Assembly (NCBI GenBank): GCA_965637545.1
Contig: OZ281495.1
Location: 3,224,001-3,288,000, forward strand
Reading direction: 5' to 3'
From: Phallusia mammillata
Lineage: Eukaryota
DNA length: 64,000 nucleotides
Notes under the pieces: model-generated
What the model was told of the DNA's origin: nothing
The model's database searches: none
The model's input: only the letters and a program-made list of their open reading frames with translations
In this document: in pieces, positions 11,401-21,900 of the stretch
Position numbering within the stretch: the stretch's first letter is position 1
Layout of the letters: each line of letters begins with the position of its first letter
Made by a program: the position numbers and the translations under genes

Positions 11401-14400
11401 CATTCGTCGTAACACCTCCACATCTGCTCACAATAAAGACGAATATTTTTAAGTCGATTTGCCATTAAACGATAAACGAAAAGTGCGTTGTTTAAATATA
11501 TTCCAAGTAAAACAAAATAGTTTAACAAAAAATGTTTTTTTGGAAGACAGATTTTTCACGAATTCCACTTTAACATCTCGATCAATAGCAAATGGCAAGA
11601 CCAAATTTTTAAATTATAATTTTTGTTTGTAGAGTTTTGAATCATAATGAGGATATTGATTGTGGAACCATGTGCAGCCAATATCTAGTGGACATGAACA
11701 ATCTTCTATGGGCCAAACGGGTTGGGGCACCAACAATTGTGGAAAACGATGGCAAAACAAACTGACTTCGGAGGTAAAAACCTTTTTTAGAAAATTTAAT
11801 TTTTTGGTCTTTTTTTGAATATTAGCTCATGATAAACGTTAAAGTTTGTTACTACGCAATAAGACATGATGTTAAGTTGAGTTTTATCATAAACAATAAT
11901 ACACAGGTGGTTAGATTGTAGAGCCCCGCGACTGGTTCCTCCATCGAGCCCCCTGACCCCTTTCAGTCGTGTGATTCCCACTCTGCGCCACATTCACTTT
12001 CCTGTGAGCCTGTCACATAACACCTCATAATACAGTGTAGATACAATGCATAATGCCACTATCCACTAACTGTACCCGACACTTTTTAGCGCCATGTAAC
12101 GTGTTAACTGGAGATGTACCGAATATTCGGTTTGTCGAATTTATTCAACCGAATCGGCTACTTTTGCAAAGATTCGGTTTCGGCCGAATAATTTTTTGCG
12201 ATTCGTCCGAAACCGAGTCTTTTACGAACACCCATTTAAAGCGTTAACGCTTTTCTTCTGCTTAGTACCTACTAAAATCCCGTCAATCATTATATTTTTA
12301 ACACAATATCGCTTTTCCTACTGCAACAGCAATGCATTGTCGGGCTGCAAATATTGTTTAAGGCACTGTCAAACCCCACAGAACTAAAATGAGGACGAAA
12401 CATTAATTGCCTGGTAAATAACTTATGTTTTCATGTCAAACGCGTAGGGCACGACTTTATCTGTGATTGGTTTACCTGTAGGTTGCTGTGGTGATGAGCT
12501 GCTGGAAGTAGGACGGTTTTCTGTAGGTAACCTTCCAATGTGTTTTCCTTATGTTACCTTTTCAGCGCTACATCTTTATTTATTTCTCTCAATTGCAGAT
12601 TTTCACGTAATATTGTCTTATTTGATTTATTTCACTGTTCGTTCTAGTTGCGTGCTTTGTTTCGCATTACCTCGCTGGATTTTTTGCATAAATAGTTGTC
12701 GCTCTCGGATGTGCCCAGTAACCTTCATAAATTGTTTTGGCCTATGATTGGTCAACCTCCGGTCGGCAGACAGCAGTGTTTTGAGGGACGTTTAGTAAAA
12801 GGTCGATTTGCTATATCGATTTGACTTTACGTCGTGGTTATTTTTTATATATAGAGTATATTTAACTTGATACAATGTTGTACGTATTAGCCTATGGAAA
12901 AGTTAGGAAGAATCGCAGGGCTTCGTTTACAGAATTGGAAGGGGGCATAGAATATATTAGATTAGCAGGTTCTTTAAAGCGTTTTTGGTCCAGGTAACAT
13001 GTGCATCTCATATCCTGGTACTTCTAACACAATGGACCAGAAAAACTTTTTTAGGAAAGTAATCACTATCACCTGTTTGAATGTTCGCGATTTACTTCAT
13101 TTATTATTTTTTGGATCTCTGGACTCTTTGTGGAATAATATGAACCAACTGAACTTCACAAGTTCAGCGGTAAGCCCGTCAAATATCGAAACAAGCACTG
13201 TTGCCTGCAAGTCCAAGAACGACTTTGTCGTGGGTTCGAGTCCCATCAGAGCCCTTGCCATTTGGAATGATCAGCTGATTTGGTATACCGCGTTTAAAAG
13301 ACTGATCCTAGTGATTTAGTTATAACTACGCCGTTATCACTGATCTGAATAAACGCTTGAGGGTTGATCCCAGTTACGAAATTACGTGCATCCTAACTGC
13401 TTAGCTGTCAGGTTGTTGCTTAATTAAAGCTAAGTTTATTGATGTTACGAGAAATAACTTTAAACCGGCTCAGGCATAATCGCGGTCGTTCACACACATT
13501 TGCGTTAGTCAGGTCATAAACTTCAAAACAAGCACACAAGTCCCAATTATTTGATTCTACGTGTCCATGATTGGTTACCTGCAGATTGCTGTGGTGATAT
13601 GCTGTTGAAACGGGCGATCAGCTTTTGTTCGGACGGGTTGGATTTTTCGTCATCGTTTCTAATGGCGTCTGAACAAACAAATGGGTGAAATGTGTTTTTT
13701 TTTCTCACTGCCTATAAGTATTCTTGGTAACAATACGTTTATCAATAACTAGAAGTTCCTACGAGCCAACGTATCTCATACCCGATTGCTGTTCATTGCT
13801 GCTAGTTGGAGTTTCTTCTTGTTCATAAGAAGGCAATTGTTTGTTTTTCTGTGAGGTGCCGGCTGATGCTAATGACAATAAATCATTGTTGGTTAAGTAT
13901 TGGTGCTATTGTGTTACCTACAATGATTTTTGTTTTCGCCTATACATATTTTAATAAATATATAACTTATTTTCGGACCTATTTCCTCGTAAAGTTATAC
14001 GAGTTGCCGCTAAACCAATATTGACTTTCCACCATACTGGCAACGTATGTTTGCTGTCGTTTAAGGCGGTGATTTTCAAAGTTTAACACAAATGGCAGAA
14101 ATAGCTTTTCTTTCATAAAAGTAATTCTCCGCTATCACCAGTTTGAATGTTTCTTTGTGATTTACATCATTTATTTTTGTGTAACAAACAGATTCGTCGT
14201 GAAATATTAAAAATATAATTGCGTGGGTCCGTTATCAATTGGTTGAGTGTGACCTTGATTTTAATATGCGCCAAGTGTTTCGCGACTTGAAGTAGGTAAA
14301 ACAAAAACTGGTAAATTTATAACGATTTCCTAAATTATCGGAATTTCCATTATCGTTTTGTCCACCCCATACCTAGTTGCTGCGGTTTCCTGGATGTAGG

Positions 14401-17400
14401 AGTTTCCCCTTGTTGAGAAGAAGATGGTGACCGATCCACTTGTGCTTCATATATCGGTTTAATTGTCTTTTTTATTGCCGCACTCGGTGTAGAGGAACCT
14501 GAAAGTTGATTGCTCATAGATATCTTTATTTAGTGAAGACATTTGCATTGCTTTCCGAGAGAAATAAAACCAAGATTTATTTGAAACATCGTCTGTGCAC
14601 CGAGTGAAATTGTTTGGTTGCCAAAAGACGAATATTGACTTTACAACAAACTGGCAGAGGGCTGTTACGGCTTTACATTGACCTTTTTTAAATCTCAAAA
14701 GTTTTAAAAAGCGATCGAACAAACAGCAATGTTACGACCAATAAAACAAAGTTTAATCAATGAAGAATAGTTTTGATTGATCAGATCGGAAATGGAAGAC
14801 CTGCGGACATTTAGCTCTAAAAGTGCGCTCTGTATAGTTTTGCCGTTGTAAGAACCAAACCTTGGGATTACATTACACAAAATTGTTAGTGCGGCCTCGC
14901 GAGTAGTCAGGTGGCTTCATAAACTGAGCATCTCACCCTAGTTCTAGTACGGCAGGCCTGCACAACATACGGCCCGCGAAAGCTTTTAGTGCGGCCCGCA
15001 AGAAGATTTTAAAATACTTTGCATGGAACCAAAAAAACGTTATGCCGCCATGCATTCGATGTTGTGTAATAATAACGTATTGGACTTCTAAATGAGTGTT
15101 TTATTCATTACGAAACAATCCCATCTTTGTTTCACACGCAAGGCTTGGTTATAGCGTTTAGTATCTATAGTAGAGCCTAGTCCAATCTTATGTGCGCGGG
15201 CAAGCAGGCTATTTTAGGATTGTCCAGAATGGCTGAAACACTTAAAGAAAGATTGAAAGTAAGGTCAGAGTGTTTAATTCGGAATGGACGAGCAAAAACA
15301 TATTTGCAGTGGTGAAGACAAAAATAATGTGTCTTGTTTGTCGAAACAAACTTTCGCTGTATTAAACTTTAATAAAAACAAGCAGCGGTCTTCATTTGCT
15401 GATGGACATTTGGAGGATATTCTAAAAATTTCAAGTTCCAGCCTCGTGCCTGATTACGACGCGCTTGTTGACAACAAAAGATGCAACATCTCTCATTGAA
15501 TTTTGGTTATTATACAAATTGTGTTCTTTGGGTTGTTGTTGATGCTTAAGAAAATTTATTCGTTCATGTGATATTGTTTGTCGGCAAAGAAAGAAAGCTT
15601 TTCAGATTTCAAATTTTGCCTGGGTTATAGCACTTATATCCAACTTCAATGGAGTTATTATAGACTTATACGGGGACATTTAAAATACGTAATTAGCATG
15701 CGGCCCGCGACACATTTATGTGTTCCGTTGTGGCCCTTGCGTTGTTTTGAGTTGTGCAGGCCTGTAGTACGGGGATGCTGTAGGTTTTATACAAAAAAAA
15801 ACAATTGACATCGTTAAATCCCACCAGTTTTTTTTACTTTGGGAGGATTTTTTTACCTTGCTGAGAAGAAGGCAACTCTTGTACGCCCTCCGCTGTTTCG
15901 CTTAACCGTCCTTCGGTTCCACCCGATGTGAAGGGCACTGAAATATAGATGGGTGATATGACAAAACGACTTAATACCTTTAGATTTTTTTATGTTACTG
16001 TGTAACTTCTGAACCGCCAAGGAATATAACAGATCACATTGTCACATTATCTCTCAACTTAATTGTTTTGACTACCAGTTCCAAAGCGTCTCGGGCAAGG
16101 AAATCTGCTTCTGCTCGGGGTTACTTCTTATCATAATAAATTTATATGTATTGACCGATTAATTTACCGTGAAAATTTCCGGACCGGGGTGAAAAATAGT
16201 GAAGAGGGACGCGTTGACTTTCGCTGACTTGCGGTTGCTCGTCCAAATTCATTTTAGTCAGAGTCGTCAAAACTTGAGAAAGTAGCTTGGTGGTTTGTTG
16301 CTTATCCAAACGCGTTTTCAATTCTTCTTTTATTTCAGTCATTGTAGGACGTTTTGTGGGATCTTGATCCCAGCATCGCTTCATCAGTAGTTGGAGTTGC
16401 TCTGCGATTTCTTTGTCTTCACCGACCAAAGTTTGTATCCAATCCTGTATTTCCTGGCAGTCTGGTCTTTTTCCTTTCTTGATTTCCTCTAATAACTCTC
16501 TTCGCTCTTCCTGAGTCAGACGTGGATAAGGAGCTTTACGATTTAGTGCCCAATGGATGATCATTGAAAATGCGTAAACATCATGTTGCTTCCTAGGCTT
16601 CATGGTGAGGTCCTTCAGTTTTTCCGGAGCGGTGTAGTAGGGAGTAAATTGGGGTTTTTCTTTCTTGGTTCGTGCCAAAGGATTCACATTTGCCGAAATA
16701 CTATAGGTTGCCAGTTCGGCCCCGCCAAAATCGATTATTTTGCAATGGAGCTCTTTAGAAAACATAACATTTTCGGGTTTTAAGTCCTGATGAATTAAAC
16801 GTTTGTCAGGTAAATTGTGACAGAAAGCCATTGCTGATGCTATTTCGTATAAAATGCGAACGCGCACAGCAAGGCCCAGTTCTTTTGATGTATCCTGAAG
16901 TAGCTCTTTGAGATTCCCGCCTTTGTAATATTCCATTACAATTCCTATTGCAAACGACCACTTGACATAGCCAAAAACCCGAACGACATTTTCATGATCT
17001 GCTTTCTGCAAGTGTTCCATTTCTTCTTTGATTCTAAAAAGAGAGTTTTTTTTCAGCTGCATGTTACGTTTTGTGCATGTAATAACGCAGAGCAAAGATC
17101 TCGTTAGGACAGGTGAGGTGGTATGTCCCCTCAACAAAATGATTGAAAACAATTTATCAAACGTCACACAACCCGCATTCCTCGCTTTTTAATCTTCGGT
17201 TTTTAGCAATGATTAAAAATGTCGCATCTCGCACCACACATCAGGAAATCAAGCAGGCCAACCAAGATTAGCAGTCACGATGGCTGGCGCGCTTTGCTGT
17301 TTAATTTGTCTGAGATTGCGCAGTAGTTTGTCATTATCGTGTAGTCCATGGAATTAATGCCTCTGGATGAAGCTTTTGAGGTATAACTAGTTTTGTAAGT

Positions 17401-18475
17401 CCACACATATACCAGGTAAATTCGGATCTAATAAACTGTCAGTCGATGCAACTTTTCTTTGAACCAGTCATGGTCTAAAATGTTATCATAAACCCGAAAA
17501 AAATAAGGCTGAACCAGCAAATGGGCACAATATATAAAATTAGCAAATGTTTTCAAAATTGCCATTTTCAAAAATTTACTTATGATTTGTTACCTCACTA
17601 TCATATTTTACAAATTGTTGTGACGCCATCAACACAAAATTACTCTTAAATATGTTAAAATACGTCCCTTCCATATTTGCGATAGATTTGCACCGCTCTA
17701 TATAACAAATCGTATAATTTACGTTTTTTCAAGCCGCGCCTTTTCTTGGGTTCCACCAGATACTTCAAACACTTTGATAGCTACTTCTTGCTTTAACCCA
17801 TTGTGATATCCGAATATAACATCCCCGAAACCTCCTGAACCGGCCACGAACTTGCCAAGGTTACAAGTGATGTCACTACAGTCCAGTTCTCGTAGCTGTG
17901 ACACAAAAAGTGTAAATCCCTGATGTCCAACGTATATTTTTTTGAGTTCCAACCAAGCCATACAACTAACTTAACCAATGTTATTCAAAACTTTGTTCAA
18001 CCCGTTTACAAACGAAACTTTTAGATTCAAATTCCGTCGGGCTTTAGTAATTTAAAACGGAGTTATTTACTTTGCAAGGTTTGTTTTCAAAACACTATTA
18101 GGGTTGGTCTGATGTTTCATAATAACAATAAAATCAACCTAAAAACCCAGTTTATCATGCTAAATTCCTTCCTTTAACCCTGCCCAAGACGCAATAGCAA
18201 TTTAAAAAACTGCGCTCTTTTCGCCATCTATCAGTATCCAAGAAACTTTTTGTGGTGTGAGTTTCTGTGTTAGTAGATCCACCCAAAAGAGGAAGGAATG
18301 AAAATACTTGAGGATTGAAGTAAAAATTTAAAACAAATTTAATTAAAATCTCGGCATGCTAATTTGAAACTACACTTTTTCATACGGTGGAAAAATAAAG
18401 CCTGTTTAGTGTAATGAACAAACAAACAAAAGAAAAACAATTGTAGATGTTGCTTACCTCTTTTGGCGAAGTCAT
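8473..18475 (-). CDS. Gene 1: multi-exon RIPK-like Ser/Thr kinase with low-complexity cassette linker and SH3 domain (~700 aa; ~950 aa if spliced to the TPR exon at 3284-4044)
   Basis: Hand-spliced, phase-consistent exons: 18458-18475 (MTSPKE|gtaagc), 17723-17895, 16168-17033, 15857-15937, 14373-14498, 13782-13862, 13579-13668, 12476-12520, 11320-11423, 10785-10934, 10342-10372, 9564-9686, 9340-9429, 8778-8900, and tentative last exon 8473-8483 (GGQ*). Kinase motifs GSGGFGDV, VAIK, HQDLKPEN, DFG, YTAPE, DVYAF, GKRP, CW..P..RP. Confidence 0.75.
10785..11423 (-). CDS. SH3 domain (CIN85/CD2AP-like) split over two exons
   Basis: 11320-11423 gives RRMEVTFAYEPEIFDELQLKVGDIIDVYND and 10785-10934 gives EEEGWARGRCNGKEGVFPTNF, joined at a phase-0 GT-AG intron. 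Together they form the full SH3 consensus (AY..DEL.LKVGD.I...EEGW.G...GK.G.FP.NF). Confidence 0.92.
11920..11997 (-). mobile_element. Degenerate tRNA-derived SINE head
   Basis: The rc shows an A-box-like GTGGCGCAGAGTGG, a GACTGAA loop and a B-box-like GGCTCGAT. It does not fold as a complete tRNA. Confidence 0.35.
12108..12460. mobile_element. CCGAAT/ATTCGG-rich MITE family (copies also at ~28203-28660, ~41990-42300, ~43150-43290)
   Basis: Shared CCGAATATTCGGTTTG.CGAATTTA and CTTATGTTT.ATGTCAAA blocks in all copies. Confidence 0.65.
13161..13400 (+). mobile_element. tRNA-derived SINE-like sequence
   Basis: A-box-like AGTTCAGCGGTAAG (13161) and canonical B-box GGGTTCGAGTCCC (13232-13244). 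The spacing is too long for a true tRNA. Confidence 0.45.
14953..15764 (+). mobile_element. Non-autonomous hAT (Charlie/GTF2IRD2-type) internal-deletion derivative in a gene 1 intron
   Basis: TIRs CAGGCCTGCACAAC / GTTGTGCAGGCCTG; perfect TSD TAGTACGG. Transposase N-terminus (RKIESKVRVFNSEWT..F....KIMCLVC) and C-terminus (KQRSSFADGHLEDILKISSSSLVPDYDALVDNKRCNISH) are retained. Confidence 0.95.
16168..17895 (-). CDS. Kinase domain exons of gene 1 (RIPK/TKL family)
   Basis: Exon 17723-17895 (G-loop, VAIK; ends phase 2) joins exon 16168-17033 (IKEEMEHL...HQDLKPEN...DFG...YTAPE). The non-Arg HxD motif and the C-lobe IKKGKRP/LMKRCW motifs match the RIPK family. Confidence 0.93.
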
Positions 18476-18999
18476 GTTTCAGACAGTTTAAAAAAAAAAT
18501 TTTAGCAAAGAATGAATCTAACTGCAGAAGCTCTTGCTGCATAAAAACAAATTGATGCTTTTTATGTGTTTATTGATAGCCTCGCCCTACAAGTGGGGTA
18601 TGCAGTCGCAACACCAGTGCCAATAAATATCATACTTAAAGATTCTTTAACAAATAAGCATCAATATTCTATTGTTGCTATGAAATATTACCCTTGTCGA
18701 ATATACGTGTAAGATCTCCAACTTTCGATAAATTTTTTTGGCTACATATAGGTTCCAACGGGGACCAAACAATGTATCGCACCAGCAAATTTGTTTTGTT
18801 ACTTTTTGACTCTGACAGCCACACATTTATCTTGTCACTGACTGAAACAAGTTTCTGCATCTCCGACTCCAATCCTTCGCAATACACGTTTCTCAAGTGA
18901 CAATTTTTTTGAATAGCAAGTAAATTCTGATGACCAAAACGCTTTCTTTTCTATTTCACGGCTTTCATTTATTCAAACTAGATCGCAACTACATGTGAC

Positions 19000-21900
19000 T
19001 GTTTAAACCAAAATAACTCATATAAATAAAATGCGATTTATTGACTGCACTCGGAAAAGATAAAAGGTGCTTTTACACTTACGTACCGAGACCGCCGCGT
19101 TATTAGTTGTCACCAGACCATACAAGGGTTAGGTTTAAAGCAAAAAAACGCCTCTTCGAAAACAGCGATTGTGTTTGCGTTGAAACTCGGTTTTGTTTCT
19201 TGTTTTATTGTTTTTTTTTCTGTGGAAATACCATTGTTTCGACAGCTTCTACTCCAATATGGGACAACAGGCAATACATATACATTTTATTGAGGTCCTC
19301 GCGCACCAACAAACAGAGTAACTCGTTTCACTAATCTTATTTGTGTTAAAAATGGAATAAATTTCAAAATTGTTGTTTGAGTTTGTGTTTTAAATGCTGC
19401 CAAACATAGGATTGCAGCAAAACATTTCACACAAATAAGAAATTGTTTAAACTGTAAAAAGCGTCTGAACTAACATATTATATGTTGCAAAGCTTTTAGC
19501 GTGTAAATCGTAGCATTCGCCAGCTTTGCCACGTTTCTTTATTGAAACTCAGCTGCGTAACGTACCTCAAGCATATGAAGCAGCGTTTTCCATACTATAG
19601 TTCAACGTATAAGTCAAAAGATATTACCGGCGAATTTATTTGGGACTGAACCAAAGGTTAAAAATAGGTGGAGGCAAAAAAACAGCTTTAGTCCAGTCTC
19701 GCCACGTCACTTAGCAACAATAAAGCTGGTTTGGTTGGGATAGAACGCCACTGAGGTGTGACGGGTAACCAACGTAGGCGCCCCAGTATCCTCTCACAAC
19801 GATTGAAACGCGACTATTTACAGGGCGCAAGTGTTTGTGTCAATCTACGTGATTCTGAAGTTATTGTGTTCGCTTTGTGCTGGCTCATCGTAACCACAAC
19901 CCTAGAATTTCAAACTAATGTGGAATGGTGATTCTTCACCACGACTAATCACTTCCTTCTAAGTTACATGTTGTCAATTTCACTCATTATTTCGTAATAA
20001 TTATCCACAATAACAACAACATTTTGTTGCCAACCAACATATTGATAAGCAGGCAAATCATTTTTCGCAAAGCATTTCTAAGGCAGTTGTCACGTGACTA
20101 CTACGCTTCTTTGAAACCTTCTGGATTAAAACGTTTTTAAGACATTGCAATTTTAAATTTAGAATGTTCCACGTTTCTAAAAATCCTAGTTTATTGTAAT
20201 CAGTTTATTTAGCAACCACATCATATACTAAATTACCAGTTGAGCACAAATGATAGTTTATAAGCTATTCCTGTCAACAATGCTACATGTATTCTGAGAC
20301 TTTTATCCATGAAAATGTTCGATATTGGACATTTGGGCTATCTATAGTGCATGGGTCTAGTGGAATCACCAATCTAATCTGAAACACGACCTTATGCGGC
20401 ACTAACTATTGCGTAACAAATAGTAAGTGTTGATGTTTCAGATACAAATATTTCACTGGTATCATCACATTTGTCGACTTCATTACTTCATTCAGCTCTT
20501 AACCTAATTTTCATTACTTTCGTTTGTATGATTTCTTGCATCTTTTCTATGTTCCACCTCTCATTTATGCTGTTGTCTTAGACCAGACGTTTAAAATGCA
20601 GCACACGTCAATGCTTTTGAATTGTGATGCACGTGACCCACCAAGAGATGAATTAAGCAATGTGACTTAAGGCAAAAGCTTTTCATATGACTTTAAGAAC
20701 AAGATAACAACAACGGTATATATTATATAGTGGTAAACTGCATAGAAGAAATCCGGTAGGTGGTGCACCAGAGTTATAATTTGTCATGTGTTGCTTGGTA
20801 TTCTCATTGAGAAAAAAATGTCTGTGTTTTTAAACTCGATTACCACAGCGTGGGATAGCGGACTGATTTTTCGAAGGACTCTAACGTAGTTTCTTATTCT
20901 ATGACTTATTCGAAAACCTGCTGTCATTTGAGATACCGTCATTTAAAATCAAGTAGACTCGCCAAACTTATCAAAAACACAACCTTATGTAGTACTATGC
21001 TTAACAAATAGTAACTGTTCTGTCAGACATAAATATTTCACCGACATCATCACATTTATCGTCTCCACCACTTCATTGACCTTTTTATACATTCGTTTCT
21101 GTGGTAGCCAACACTTGCCCAGACAAAAGACTTAAAATGTCAAGCTAGGGAAAGGACAAGCTTTTTTAAAAGTATTGCCGCTCGTCACAAAGTCCTTTAG
21201 TAAAAATAACATTTTGTAAATAACAAAATCCAATGCCCAAAACACTTCAAATTCAAGTCTACTCTACTTCTACTGCGTAAGAGCAGTCGCCTAAATAAAG
21301 AATGGACCGGCAACACGACTCGTATGAATGAATGCGACTTATGTGCAGCAGCTGTACAGAGGAACGGTCTTTTTCACGTACGTGCCGAGACCGCTGCGTT
21401 TTTGGTCGTCACCAGACCGTACAAGGGTAGGGACTGAAGGCAAAACATTTCCGCTTACATAAACGACGAACCTGCTCAAAAACAAGCATAATTGTTGTTG
21501 CGTAAAAACTTAGTCTTGGATCAAACTGAACAACAAAAACATGAAAAGTGCGGTTTCTCAAACTTCATGGCTGTATGTTGACCTAAGGAAGTTCCTCAAT
21601 GATAAGTATAAGCGTTTCAATATCCGACATACATTTAATTGCAAGAAGCGTTTGAACTGAAAAGTTACACATTTCCAAGCTTATTTCAGAATGAGAACCG
21701 TAGCATTTACCAACTTTGCCACGTTCTCTATTTCAACTCTGCCACGTAACGTATCTGCAGCATACAAAGCAGCGTTTCCGATATTATAGGGTAGTAAATC
21801 AAAGACAGAAATCCACCGGCAAATTAGTTGGTATAGAACTAAAGGCTAAAGATATGTGTGAATGCATAAATATAGCCTCTCGGTCGAGTCTCGCCACGTC

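Noticed and set aside
11920-13400. tRNA genes
   Set aside because: A/B boxes are present, but spacing and stems are incompatible with a cloverleaf; treated as SINE heads.
16076-16126. Possible extra phase-1 exon (EVTPSRSRFPCPRRFGT) in gene 1
   Set aside because: It would need a 41-nt intron and has a weak donor (gtagtc); there is no paralogue in gene 2.
16142-17167. ORF-track N-terminus MTFDKLFSIILL... and C-terminus KLIGQYI of kinase 1 (likewise MSKNF... and KFETT... for kinase 2)
   Set aside because: These are intron read-through; the real exon boundaries are defined by splice sites and paralogue comparison.
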